Shown here one piece after another: positions 1 through 13,284 of a stretch of DNA of 64,000 nucleotides. Position numbers and translations under genes: made by a program. The notes below the pieces were generated by a model. The model saw only the letters and a program-made list of their open reading frames with translations, was not told where the DNA came from and made no database searches. Numbering within the stretch: the first letter of the stretch is position 1; the number at the start of each line of letters is the position of its first letter. Source of the DNA: Epiperipatus broadwayi (lineage: Eukaryota; Animalia; Onychophora); contig JAQFVV010000004.1 of assembly GCA_028023455.1 (NCBI GenBank), positions 16,554,001 through 16,618,000 of the forward strand, written 5' to 3'.

Positions 1-3000
1 AAGTTTATTCAGTTAATGAAATGTCACTTTATCAATCATTAATGTTATTATAGCCTATCCAAGGATATCTTGTAATGTAAGTCAAATTTCATATTAAATG
101 GAGAATTAAAAAATAAATATTTTCAGAGTTTAATTTAAACTTTAAAAAATTATAATTCATTTACACATACATTTTTAAAAAATAAATTGCTTTGCATTAT
201 GTGTGATAAATAAGAGAAGTATTATTTTTTACTTTACTCGCCATCTGAAACCATATCTTGTATGTGATCAAATTTAAATTCTGCTGCTCAAAATTACACA
301 GAAATGAAACAGACCTTTATTTGTTTTGATTTGTTCTCTGTCTGTATAGTTGCAGTTAGCAATGTTTAGATTTAATAAATAATGAGACTTTTGAGATTTA
401 GCGCTACTAGTAATAGGTTATAAAGAATATTTCCTATATTTGTTATCATATTTAATTTTGATTTGCAAGTGTCAAATTTTCTGCATTCACAACTTTTACA
501 TCAACCATTTCAGATAAAAACATTAATGATTATTACTAATCATTTATTAGGTTAGAAATTATTCTTAAACCAGAAATAAATTTTAAACCCCAGTTAAAAA
601 TAAATATCTGGTCTGGGTTTTTCAGATGTTTTTATTTATGTGATTCAAAAAATATATAGCAGAGTGGAAGTTATATATATCTAAATATAAAGTGTATGGT
701 GGGTTAAGTATATCTAAATTATACATGTATATTTTTATTTTTTATCAGTGCATTTTTCACAATAGCTCAATCATATCATGACTATCCATCATCCCATGTC
801 TAATATATATATATATATGTGTGTGTGTTAAACCATGTAATTATGTTTAAGCTCAGCTGAAAAGCAGATATTGTTCTGAAATGCTTTCATTGTGAGAAAG
901 GAGTATATGAATTTCTATACTAATTGACTGTTGTGATATGAGAGAATTGAGATGAGACAAGTATTGATAAAAGAACACTTGTGACTGTAGTAGACCTTAT
1001 CCAGCTAAATTTGAAATTAGTTAGTAGAACTAAATAAAAATAACAATTGGAAAATTATCCTATATCAGATATTAGCCAGATGTCAATATTATTCATAGAT
1101 GTCTGGCTAGTAGGACAAATTGAATATTAGATTGTTGGAAATAGGAACAAGCTTTCCCTCCTCCATTCTCTTTTTCATTTATGTTAATTATTTCAGTTAT
1201 TATTAACTACTTATAGAAATATACTTTTATCATTAAAAGATAATAAAATAATTTCTGGAAGTAACAGATGTCAATAACAGGAATTTCATCAAGAATGATC
1301 AGAAAAGATAAATCCTGCCAATAAAGTGAGGGAAGTCCTGGAAAATCTAAATTTAGACCATATGATTATTCCATTTAATGATTAATTATTTCTGTCTATT
1401 GAGGTAAATGAAATTAAATGATATATTGTGATGTATTTACTTAAGAATTATTTCTAAAACCAATGATTATAATATTTATCTGATTAGAAAAATGCTCACG
1501 TGAAAGAGGAAAAAAACCAAAGAATGAGATATTTACAGTGTGTTATAGCTCAAGAAGTTTAACTTAATTAATAAGGAATGAAAAATATATTGGGGTAGGA
1601 CACAATAGGAAGCTCGAGATGGTGATAGAATAAAGAAAAAAAATTAAAATATTCATCAGAAGCCATCATATTTTGTATAAAATTGTGATGGTCTTTCCAA
1701 AACAGTTGGTCTTTTAAAAAAAAAAGTTTATTAGATTTCTGAAGCATATAATATTGTTTTTATTTTATAGTGAATTATTTATGAAGTTTATAAAGTTGAA
1801 TAATATGGAACATAATCTTCAATTTTCTTTCTGTATAGCTGGACTTCCAGACAGACACTATATATCTATTCATATACATATGTATAAAAGTAAATCATTT
1901 ATTATATATCGTGTAATTATATATTTAGTAAAGCAAAAGGCTTAATAGAATAAAGGTTTCATCATCTTTTCACAATTTATTAGAAATCCTGGGATAAGAT
2001 ATAGTCTGTTTTAGTCAATTATTGATTGGTGAAAATTTTATTGTTTTCATTTCTTGTTTCATTCTGCAGCTAAAACTAGTTATTTGTATTCATTTATCAC
2101 CTAATGTTGGTAGCTATTTAGATTATATCTACAAACCAAAATCTCACATCCAAAAAATACCAAACTTTCTCAAAAACTTTTTAACTATCTAAAAAATTTT
2201 TGGCTTTACTCTGAATTTTGATTCTAGATCTTTAACCTGTTTATCATCATTTTAAAGATTATTAATCCATAGTCTCAATTCTTCCATTATTTTTAAAACA
2301 CTCTTATAACACCCATCTCATCTATTATCTTCTTCTAGGTCTTTTACCATTTTTTGGAATGGGCATTATAGTGTAACATAATTTACAAATGAATGTAATA
2401 GTCAAGCTTCAATAATATTGTAGAATTTTTAGTAATATGTCTAAAAGAAGATTCACTTACATTTATATAATTATTTTAAATATTTTTAAAAAGAAAAATA
2501 ATTTTGAGTATAAAGTAGAAGTAAAAAAAAAAAATCGCTTGCATCTCCAGGAAACAGTTATTATCAACACAGAAACATCCAATTTTTCTCTCAGTGGCAG
2601 TTAATCCTGAGCTATTATCATATTGCATCTCTTTCCAGCAGGAGAGATGATTTCTAGAGATATCCTGTAGTCTGCAGGGAACTAAAATTTTATATACTTC
2701 ATATGTCTGTGCGAATATATATATAGATAGATATGCACATATGTTTCCAACAGCTTTTCCTATGTAATAAAAGTATTGACTGTGCTTTTAATTTTAACAG
2801 GTAAATATTTTAGTTTATTTTAGATTTGAGTTGACTGTAGTGAAACCAGCTGGATATTTCACAATCAGGTAGAAGAGCTCTTGCTTAACCAGCTTAAATA
2901 TTAATATTATGATAGTAATATAATCCGATTATTTATAACAGTCAGATCATGTTTAAATTAATATCTTTTATCATTAACAAAATTTGTAGATTTTTTAATA

Positions 3001-3659
3001 TTAAAATGCTTATAAATTGAGGGTAATACTACAATGAGATAATTTTTTAAAGCAAAATAAATAATATTTATTTCCATACTTTTGAAAATTTGTATTTTTA
3101 AAGAGATTTGAAAAATAATTTCTGATATCTTTCAGTACAAAGAGCGTACTTTAATTTATAATCCATTTACTTTTAAAAAAATTCAATACTAATTAAAAGT
3201 CGACTATAAAATGAATCGTTAACAGTTTCATTTTAAAGAATTACAATCTCTATATATACACGTATATAGTTAATCTGTTTGTAGTGGCCCTCATTATAAA
3301 AAATACTGAAAAATAATGGATAAAATATATTTTTGCAGAATAAAAGCTTTATTTGTAATAATTGTATCCTGCTTTCATAAAATCGTTCCAAAACTAACTT
3401 TTCTAATAGAAGATATAATTTTTATAGACCGAGTTTTGCGATAACTGTGGTTGTCTTAAAACTAGCGAAAGAAACAGGTATCTGCGTTTTAAAATAATTT
3501 ATTATTAATAATACAAAAAAAGCACCATCCGATTATCTCAGATTAAATTTAATATATGCATTAAGAATTGCGATGCTACTACGCACTGTGACTTCTCTTT
3601 ATTCGGAGTCAGGAATCTCTCAGCCGCTATGCTCAGAGAAACCTGTTAGCCACTTTACT

Positions 3660-4667
3660 TTGACTTTCCATCCCCTGCCTTAAATTTTTCCCATATTCTT
3701 CTCTAATCTACTCTATCTCATTTCCACAACATAATTTTGTCAACTCCATGTTTTCCCAAACCCAGCATAAACACCAAGCACCCACTTTCTGTATAATCAC
3801 TTTATTTATATTTATTCTCCCACAACTTCATTATTTATACCCTTTCTGTTTTCAGGCATTTACATTCTATTAACAGATGCCTAAAATTTTCTATGCATTT
3901 TTTACACAACTTGCAGAATAAATCACCACATTTTTCCATTTATGTGTATATTCCCTTGCTGCTAAAGATCCTCCTGTTCAAGCCTTAAACAATAAATTAC
4001 TTTCCTTGCTACTATTATAAATTAACTTGCACCCAATATTGTTTCCTTATATATATATATATAAACTCTTTATACTCTCTGTACTAGTTCTCTATCTCTC
4101 CAATTCCCTATTCTTTATGAATGCAATTATTCTTCTATCCCATTCCTTGCCACTCCATGATCATCCCATCTCTTGTATAAGTACACGGACATAAATTCTT
4201 TATCCAAATGTTCTGCATGCTATACTACCTTTCTCACCCATCTTTTTGCCTGCTCTTTACTCATAATCCAATTAAATATTATTTTGGCTACTCTCTTATT
4301 ATCAATAAACTGCAATCTACCAAACATTTTCATTTTTGCATCTCTCATATAAAAACTTGACCATTCCTTTTATCCTTGAATTACCTTCTTTGCTGTCCAC
4401 ATATCTACATCTAATGAATGTCTTCCTACTTCTCTTTATACTTTTTCTAAGTAATTTAACATTCCTTTACTAACACATAATACATTGTTACCATATGTTA
4501 ACTCTGCTACTGCCATTTCCTTTCATACAATTCTAGCTACATATTTATTATATGAAAACACTGTTAATTTCTTTATCCGTCCCTTTCTTCTCTTTGCTTC
4601 ATTTATCAATTTTTTCTCTAATTCATCCAAGCAATTTCTCTGATTACTTAAGATGATTCCCACATAG
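3660..4667 (-). mobile_element. Decayed non-LTR retrotransposon, RT C-terminal/thumb region and CCHC-type finger (3' part)
   Basis: Minus-strand manual translation with frameshifts/stops gives YL-GIILSNQ..., ARIV*KEMAVAELTYGNNVLCVSKGMLNYLEKV*REVGRH, YNSSKESNLLFKA*TG and ENFRHLLIEC, the usual layout downstream of RT domain 7. Confidence 0.7.
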
Positions 4668-6168
4668 GTATTGAAACAGTAAGATTCGTATTCGAATCTT
4701 AAGTTTCACCTTTTTTTCTATTGTCTCTCACTGACCACTCTATCCTACCCAAATTTAAACTTTTTGGTATCGAATTGTGTATGTAGCAATATTAAAAATG
4801 TATAGATATATGTAGAATTCACCATAAACATGCACACATTTTGATCTCAAATTTAAGGCAATAAATAAAGATAAATAATATAATTTAGATTTCTTCTTTT
4901 AGTTATAAAAATATATATATATTTTTAACCATTTATTTTAAATTGTAAAATCCGTTATTTCTTGCTTTGTTTAAATTTTATTTAATAATAATTTAGAAAT
5001 AGATTGTAATATTTAATTAAAAGTAAAAATAATCATATGTTCCCTTTTGTATTTGAAATTTTAAAAGCAACGGCCGGTGAGAGATAATAGATTAATTAAA
5101 AAGAAAAATTCCCTAAAATGTAATTATAAAATGTAAATGTAAACAATAGAAAGGCAGCTTTCTCTATAATTAAAATTAACAAAAATGCATTGATTATCCT
5201 CAGGGCAGATTAATTGGAATCCAAAAATAAACTAACAAAAATGTAAAAGATAAGATCTAAGAAAGGAGGCCAATTTTAGACTTTCTAGGAACTTTCAGTT
5301 TAACTTTAGCTGTGCTCTCGATCAGTTGAAAGTCTCCAAAATATATATTGTTTTACGTGCCACAGTATGCATGAATAGAAAGCACCCAGACTATTCTCTG
5401 TCCGAAGATGGCCTATCGTATGCCAAATCTTCCATTGCCCTTCATAAATTCAACCATGAAGATCTGCTGCCTAAAATAATTTGGAAGCTGCTGCTGTTAA
5501 ATTACATGAATCATCTACATGCTGTAAAGAACTGCTAATGCTAGAATCATGAACAATTTGCTACTGATCACTGAATCGGAAAACTTCTCATAAAACAGGT
5601 ACCTGTATCCAAATTCTCTAGAGTACTCTACTAATATCCCGCTATAGCTTATTCATTCTTTATATAACTTATAAACTATAAACTGTAAATTCTCGTTTGT
5701 AAAACTAAAATTAATTATTAAATTTTTTTATGTAAAGTTCTTTAATAATCTAGCCTGCCTAACTCTAACTTTCTTGGGTACGTATTTCTAAAATCTACAT
5801 TTTATTATACAATTATCGCATGCTCATAATTTTCTAAGTATAAATCTATGATCGCTTGAAACAGTGGGTGCATGTCAAATTTTCATTAATATTTACTTTC
5901 ATAAATAGCTTAATATTTTCATATAAATCGACACGCATTGAATGCTTCATTTATTGTAATGCAGGGGTCTACTGCTTAGCAAATGGCTGACGTATTAATT
6001 GTAATCATCACCCAGTTTACATATTGTTTATATTTTATTAAATTTTGATTAATAATTCCATAAATTTGCATTTCTTTGAGAGTCGCCAACGTTCTTTATT
6101 AAATGTTGATGATGTAGGGCCGAGTTATAAAATATATTTAAATCTTAACAGAATCGTCTGTACATTAT

Positions 6169-6477
6169 ACATGTGTTACGTTTTAGAGACGCGATGACCC
6201 AATACAAGCCTTGAATATTCCAGATTCTATAGGGTTGAAATTAACCCCAATCGTCCTACACAAGCGGACATAATAAATGCTTCTGTAGGGCTAGACGAAA
6301 GTCACACAGCCAGCAGGCAATCAGGGCACGAACCACTTGTCCATGGTTATGCTTATGTGACACCTTACCTCTTTGGGCCGATGGCAAATGCCAGCCCGTC
6401 ATTCTTATAAACTCATTCACGGCTTTGCAGTTTCAATACTGCCATTCCATATCGCCTTTCTAAAACGTACCACGTGT
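6169..6477. mobile_element. MITE-like element with ~27-bp terminal inverted repeats, nested in the TG...CA element
   Basis: ACATGTGTTACGTTTTAGAGACGCGAT versus reverse complement of the right end ACACGTGGTACGTTTTAGAAAGGCGAT (23/27). Interior GC-richer than flanks, no ORF found; TSD not clear. Confidence 0.55.
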
Positions 6478-6720
6478 TTCTTTAATTAACTTTATTATTC
6501 TATGTATCACTCCGTCCCTGCATTAGTGACATAACTCACTCTCAAATAAATGTTTGCCCCTAGTTATTAGTAAATATCTTTAATTAAATAAATATATGTC
6601 CACCACTACTATTATAAATCTTACTTTAGACTCTTGTATTGCAAAAGTATAAATCCCTAAAGGCATGCCTGTCTTAGAAATACTTGCTCAAGAATTTTAG
6701 GTAGCTAGATTACGTCATCA

Positions 6721-6945
6721 AATAAATGTATTTCTCTTTGTAAACATAACAGTATCGGAAAATACCGCTACTGAGATCTTAAGTATAAAGTATTATTGGT
6801 AAAATGATTTCATATAAATGTTTCTAAATAAATAAATGTATTTCTTGAATATATAACAGTATCGGAAAATTCCGTTACTCAATTGAAATATTACCAAATA
6901 TTATTAGTAAATAATTTATTATTAAAATGTTTCAATAAATAATTT
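6721..6945. repeat. Degenerate tandem duplication, ~113-bp unit x2
   Basis: AATAAATGTATTTCT...AACAGTATCGGAAAAT(A/T)CCG(C/T)TACT occurs at 6721 and again at about 6833. Confidence 0.7.
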
Positions 6946-7275
6946 CAAACTATACGTCTGCAGTTATGTTTTATTTATTCGATACCCATTCTATATAATA
7001 TTTCCTCGATTTTGTAAATATAAATGTTTAATTAATATTAGTGTTATTATTGGCTAACTAGAAAATAAAATCTTGAATCTCTTGCAACATCCCTGACCAC
7101 CGTGCCTAAAGAAATGTTTACTAATGTCGCATCAGATGCATTGTTTCGTAGATTGTATTGTGGAACCGATAAACTATGTTTGAACTTAGTAGTACGGGTG
7201 GCTTCGCTACCTAGATGATGCTGCAGTTCCTTCTGCACTGTTAACAAATCACACGTTTTCTGACCGTTACAGTAT

Positions 7276-7540
7276 ACCTACTCACCACACTTAATTTTAT
7301 ATCCTTCAATAAAAATTCTTTGTCTTATCTTTCCCCAGTATTAATCATCATTATGTTTGATTTTTCACTAAATTTAATCCCCATATTTTTACCCACCCTT
7401 GTGCATATCATCAGTATAGCTTCCATATCTTCCCTTCTTTCTGTGCACAATAAGACATCCACAAATAAAAGACCTGATAATGTATTATTCCACTCTATCA
7501 ATATATCATCTATTGTAAATAAGAATGATTAATGGGCACT
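7276..7540 (-). mobile_element. Decayed non-LTR RT core (domains 4-7), 5' part of the LINE at 3660-4667
   Basis: Minus strand reads PLIIL..IDD...SGLLFVDVLLCTERREDMEAILMICTRVGKNMGIKFSEKSNIMMIN...VVSRY, a decayed LLFADD motif followed by the GLKFS..KS and YKYLG regions. Confidence 0.7.
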
Positions 7541-8423
7541 AAATAATAATGCCAATCAAATCCCCAAACTAATTTTAGTTTACTGACCATCATTAGTTAT
7601 ATTATATGACCTAACACTAAAATATATAACTGCTGAGCACATGTCAACCCATAATTATATAAATAAGTTAGCTTGAATTCATAACTTTAGATTATTTGAA
7701 GTAATATAAAAGAATTACAAGTGAATTGTGGATTATATATGTAATTCAGTGTCTCTCTATAAATGCCAACATTTTATTCTGGGAATTTATTTGTTGTTGG
7801 CTGTCACATTAATTATTCATGTTTCCAATAGATGTCTCTAAAATAGGATGATAAAATGGATTAATTCTCTTATTCCTTATTTGGCTTAAAACTAAATATA
7901 TAATTAATTTTGAATAGATTATATATTTTTAATAAAAACTTTTTAGTAACCTGTAATAAAAAATCATTTTGTCAAAATGATGTATTCTCCTTGTTTGACA
8001 AATCTAAAAATATATTTAAAATTATGGCTAATCGTTTATTGAAATTAACTGCTGAAAATTTTTAAAAGATTTATTTTTTTTAATTGCTGTTCCTTTTTTT
8101 ATTATTTATTTATATTAAATTTTCATTAATATTTCATCAACTTCAATCTCTGGACATGCATACCAAAATATTAATTCTAGCCATATTCACTGTGAAATAA
8201 ATCGGGGTTTAAAGCAAACGAATCTGAAAATAATTTAAAAGAGGAAAATCATTTTTATATCGTGCATTAATTCAAAATTTTATTTAATTAATAAAGAAAC
8301 TGCAATATTTACTCAATTGGAAATAGATATTAATAGGATTTAGTTTATTGCAGATACCAGCTAAATATTAAATTTAAGTTCACAAAAATGCTTTAAATTT
8401 ATAAATTTTAATGTTCCATTGGG

Positions 8424-8552
8424 TTTTTTTTTCCATATGTCATAGCATCGGCCGGGAGGCGAACCCACAACTGTCTGCAAACAACTACTTGCTTGCAAGG
8501 TCGCTGCGATGACTTCTCAGCTGATGACCTCTCAGCTAACAACGTTTGACTA
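8424..8552 (-). mobile_element. tRNA-Gly(TCC)-derived mini-SINE, copy 1 (internal duplications)
   Basis: Minus strand GTCAAACGTTGTTAGCTGAGAGGTCA...GGGTTCGCCTCCCGGCCGATGCTATGACATATGG plus A-tail. Confidence 0.7.
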
Positions 8553-8888
8553 TGTTTTGATTGTTTATTTATATTTTTGTTTGTTTGTTTATATTTTTTA
8601 TTGAATAGTATATACAGTACTTGAAATTTGGCATAGCATATTATAGATTTAAAACATTTTTTTCTTTTCATAATATAAAAAAAAAATTTCTCTTATAAAT
8701 ATTAAATAAATTTTTTAAAGCTGACTAAAGAAACTTAGTTATTTATCAGCTTACAACCACCAAAATATTGAAGCAGAAAAATATGTCTTTATCTGGATTA
8801 ATTAAAAACTTTATTGCAATGTAAATTCAATGGTTTATCAGTCATATATACAGATGTATACGAATGTACATATATATAATTAACTGGG

Positions 8889-8988
8889 TTTTTTTTATGT
8901 CATAGCATCGGCCGGCAAGCAAACCCGCTAACCCGGGACAACTGCTTGTAAGGCAGCTATGCTGACCTCTCGACCACCAACGCTTAAC
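8889..8988 (-). mobile_element. tRNA-Gly(TCC)-derived mini-SINE, copy 2
   Basis: Minus strand GCGTTGGTGGTCGAGAGGTCAGCATAGCTGCCTTACAAGCAGTTGTCCCGGGTT...CCGGCCGATGC, close to metazoan tRNA-Gly(TCC) as recalled (GCGTTGGTGGTATAGTGGTTAGCATAGCTGCCTTCCAAGCAGTTGACCCGGGTTCGATTCCCGGCCAACGC), followed by an A-tail. Confidence 0.8.
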
Positions 8989-9099
8989 TATGTTATCTAC
9001 AATTTACAACATATACACAATATATATGAAGTTGTGTAATATGGCTTCAACATTATGTTTATCCTTTTTTTTTTGTTTGGCACTTAAATAAATGAATTG

Positions 9100-9219
9100 A
9101 ATAATAATAATAATAATAATAATTATTATTATTATTATTATTATTATTATCATCATCATCATCATCATCATCATTATTATTATTATTATTATAATATTCT
9201 CTTTCTCCTCCTCCTCCTC
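9100..9219. repeat. Compound trinucleotide microsatellite (AAT)n(TAT)n(CAT)n(TAT)n plus (CTC)n
   Basis: Directly visible; accounts for the poly-N/Y/H and poly-I/M ORFs in the track. Confidence 0.95.
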
Positions 9220-10289
9220 TCTATGTCTAATCATTGTCATTTAATCATTTTTCAATTGATTCTTTCACTGATGTATATCCTCTTACTTCATGTGGTATTT
9301 TTTTAATATTTTAAATTTAGATTTGATAGAAGTTGAGATTAATCAAATGTATTATGACTTTGGAAAACTATTTTAATATTATATTGATTACAGATTTTAT
9401 TTAGTTTTCAAACCATTCACAATATAATGGATGCACTACAATACCTATCATTCTTATTTTTAAAAAAATTCTTTTTATAGTCTACTTAAGGTTTTCTTAA
9501 TAATATCTGATTGTTAACTATTTTTCAGGAGAAAATATAATATTTGGGCCTTTTCTTGTGAACAAAACTTATTTGTTCTGTTACATAATGATAATATAGT
9601 TTCATTTTTATACTTATGCCATGATTAGGTATATATGCCAAGTATTTTCTTGTGAGTGTGAGTTTTCTGTAAACAGTAGTTTGATTTTTTCATGATATAG
9701 TCTTCTCACAAGAACATCTAATATTCCAATTTTTGTTTTTATTTTAATTCTATTGTGAATTTAATTGAAAGTTTATGTTACTGATATGGGTCTATAATGT
9801 TTGCAATAGGATTTTACCATGTGCACAACAAATGTATCACCTGCATAGCAAAGCCAGACTTTTGTTGGAAGTGAAGTATTTTTTTAGTTATACTGTGATT
9901 TTGTTGGTAGAATTTTATGCTGTATTGAAAGCATGTTATTGTTACACAGACTATTAATAGTTTCATTATATTATTAATAAGAAAAGTTGTTCTGGTTTGA
10001 AGAGGATCATCTTCATTTAATCTTTTGTTTACAATAGACAATATTTAATCATTAGGAATATTTGTGAATAAACTTTCTACATTAACACATAACTATATAT
10101 TTTGTCACATTTTAACATGGTTAATTTCTAGAGATAATAATAAATTTTAGTAAAACATGGTCTTTGTAGGTTTTGGGTAAACAATAAAAATGTGGAATTT
10201 TGCTAAAATATATTGTCAATATACTTTTTTTTCTGAATAAGTGACATATCCATTATGCTTTCTGAATAATGCCTTTTTGGTAGTTTTCA

Positions 10290-12140
10290 GTTATGCATAC
10301 TGTGGCCACTAGGTGATGCTACAGAACCACCAAGGATTTATTTCTGAAGCTGGTATAGGATTTTATGTCAATCTTCTATAAGTTTGTTACAACTATGTCA
10401 TTGCTTTTATCACCAGGGTGATTTGTTTGACTTGGGGAAGCTTAATAGCTTCTTTCTCAACTCAGTTATGTTTTGAATTTTATTGCTGGTGCTCTCTACT
10501 TTATTTTTTATGCTTCATTATAATCTGCTTCTGCTAGAGAAAATTTTTTGTTGCCATTATATGTCTAATATGGGATATTACATTGGTGTAATGAAAGATT
10601 TTAATCCTTTTTCCAGAATAGAAATTTCATTATCATTTCAATTTTTGAAAAATTTTTAACTGATATGATTTATATTAATCAAATATCCTATATAATCAAT
10701 GAAACAACAAAATATTCTCTAATCTTTTCAATTGTCTGGCATATATCGACAATAGTGTCTCTTGTTGATTGAACTTTACTAAAACTGCTTTGTATATCTG
10801 ACAGTCCTCTTTCATTGTGAGGCTAAAATCTGTTAACTGATTTCTATATGGTCTTATTAACATTGAATAATTTTCTTGTTTTATTAGTATAAATTGTTAG
10901 TTATTTTACTGATTACTTTTCACCTTTCAACAAGGTGCTGATAATATTCCCATAAATTGTAACATTTTTTCAACGCTTATCTGATTTCTTCATTGATTTC
11001 CAAAGATTTCATCTATGTTGAGCAAAAGTATCTTTCTTGATTAATGTTTTTGAGGTATAATTTTCCAATTATGTTCTTAGGTTAAAATATATCCAGAGGT
11101 ATTTTTTGAAAAACTTATAACTGAAGCTTCCTTTTGATTCCAGGATACTCTGAATTAGATCTTCTCCAAGCTTGTTTCATTTTCAATATCTTTGCACATA
11201 TGTTTATAATATTAATATATTTATTTTTCTTAAAAGTATTTTTTAGAATCTTTTATTCATTTCTTTTTAAAAATATTCATCTTTTAATTTTAGCTCTTTT
11301 TTTCTAGTTACTATTTTATTATATCATTCATTTTATTCTCAGATTAATCTTCATTTATTTCTTTTGCATCTTAAGTATGTAGGATATTAAATAAATTTAT
11401 AGTTTCATTTCAGCTTGAGTTGAAGTTTACAAATAATTTACAATCTGTTCTAGAATCTGCCTTGTCATATAAAACTGAAGTCCCCCTATTTCAGATGCCT
11501 GTAATATAATCAATTTTATTTCTGACAATTTGGTCTGGTAATGTTTATGTATGTAATCAATTCTTTGGTTACTTAAAATACATTGGCAATAAAAAAATTC
11601 ATTTTATTGATCAGTATATTTCATATTGTTTCCAAACCCACATTGATCAATAGTACTTTTTTTATCATTTCCTATTTGATTATTCTGGTCACCAATTTCT
11701 AGAAGTTGATCTAGCTTATAATTTTTTATCAATTTCTGACTTTACTTATCAACAATACTTTCAATTTCTCCTTCAATTACTTCACTTATTGGAGCATAGA
11801 TTTGTAATATATTAATGTTGGATCATCGGATTATATCCAATCACAGTTTTTACAACATTCAGAAAATGATATATCATTTTTTCTTGTTTTCCTGAAATTA
11901 TTTTTCTGAAGACATTCAATACTTATATTAGATTATGGAAGTAGTCCAATATATAAATACAACCACTTTTTGTTATTTGAGCATTTCGTGAATAATAGAT
12001 GTATATTCTATTGATCCAAAGTCTTGACCAATCTAATAAAATCTCAATGGAGTAGTGATCCATTTCTATATTTATCTTATCAAGACTTTCTTAGTTTGCA
12101 CTCTATGCATTCAAGGTTTCATTGGCAATCTTATTGTAAC
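10290..12140 (-). mobile_element. Heavily decayed RTE-like LINE (APE endonuclease to RT N-terminus)
   Basis: Minus-strand fragments such as LDKINIEMDHYSIEILLDWS and T*TLPDQIVRNKIDI match APE endonuclease motifs (EM..Y.I.IL, TW.SP...NQIDY); many stops. Confidence 0.6.
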
Positions 12141-12516
12141 CTCAGATTTCCCATTTCCAATTAATAACATTGAAAACTAGATATTAAAATGACTTTATAT
12201 AATCGCATTGTGCAAACTAATGGAATTGGAAAATATCTATACTTTTCCTCAGTGGCATGTTGAGGACCTTCAATCAGAGGGTACATCTTCCTAAACTAGA
12301 ATTTCCATTTATCTTACTAATCATGGTTTATAAATAGGATACAGGAATAGTTTGTAATTGCTTTCTACTACTGGTGCATTTCCAAAATAGGATATTTTAT
12401 CCCAGTGAAATAATTACTACAATTAAATTAGTTGTACTTGGAGCTATTATTTTACTTAATTGATTGTATGTAAGAATGACATGAATCTGGATTTCCTATC
12501 AGTATAATATAAAGAC

Positions 12517-13284
12517 ATAAAGGTACTGTAGAAGTTGCTCTTGTCAAACCACATTTGATGAATGATAAAGGTACTGTAGAAGTTGCTCTTGTCAAACCAC
12601 ATTTGATGAATGATAAAGGTACTGTAGAAGTTGCTCTTCTCAAACCACATTTGATGAATGATAAAGGTACTGTAGAAGTTGCTCTTGTCAAACCACATTT
12701 GATGAATGATAAAGGTACTGTAGAAGTTGCTCTTGTCAAACCACATTTGATGAATGATAAAGGTACTGTAGAAGTTGCTCTTGTCAAACCACATTTGATG
12801 AATGATAAAGGTACTGTAGAAGTTGCTCTTGTCAAACCACATTTGATGAATGATAAAGGTACTGTAGAAGTTGCTCTTGTCAAACCACATTTGATGAATG
12901 ATAAAGGTACTGTAGAAGTTGCTCTTGTCAAACCACATTTGATGAATGATAAAGGTACTGTAGAAGTTGCTCTTGTCAAACCACATTTGATGAATGATAA
13001 AGGTACTGTAGAAGTTGCTCTTGTCAAACCACATTTGATGAATGATAAAGGTACTGTAGAAGTTGCTCTTGTCAAACCACATTTGATGAATGATAAAGGT
13101 ACTGTAGAAGTTGCTCTTGTCAAACCACATTTGATGAATGATAAAGGTACTGTAGAAGTTGCTCTTGTCAAACCACATTTGATGAATGATAAAGGTACTG
13201 TAGAAGTTGCTCTTGTCAAACCACATTTGATGAATGATAAAGGTACTGTAGAAGTTGCTCTTGTCAAACCACATTTGATGAATA
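12517..13284. repeat. Minisatellite, 48-bp unit x16, near-perfect
   Basis: Unit ATAAAGGTACTGTAGAAGTTGCTCTTGTCAAACCACATTTGATGAATG; only one internal substitution seen (G>C in unit 3) and no spacers. Confidence 0.97.

Larger units (their letters stand above)
4672..7271. mobile_element. 2.6-kb TG...CA-bounded insertion (solo-LTR-like or non-autonomous LTR/Ginger-like element) with 4-bp TSD GTAT
   Basis: Ends TGAAACAG (4672) and CCGTTACA (7271) form imperfect inverted termini (6/8). GTAT at 4668-4671 and 7272-7275. Removing the insert and one TSD rejoins the flanking LINE RT motif (minus strand GTG AGT AGG TAT ACC TA...). Confidence 0.65.

Noticed and set aside
9004-9306. Poly-Asn/Tyr/His and poly-Ile/Met ORFs
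   Set aside because: Translations of a trinucleotide microsatellite.
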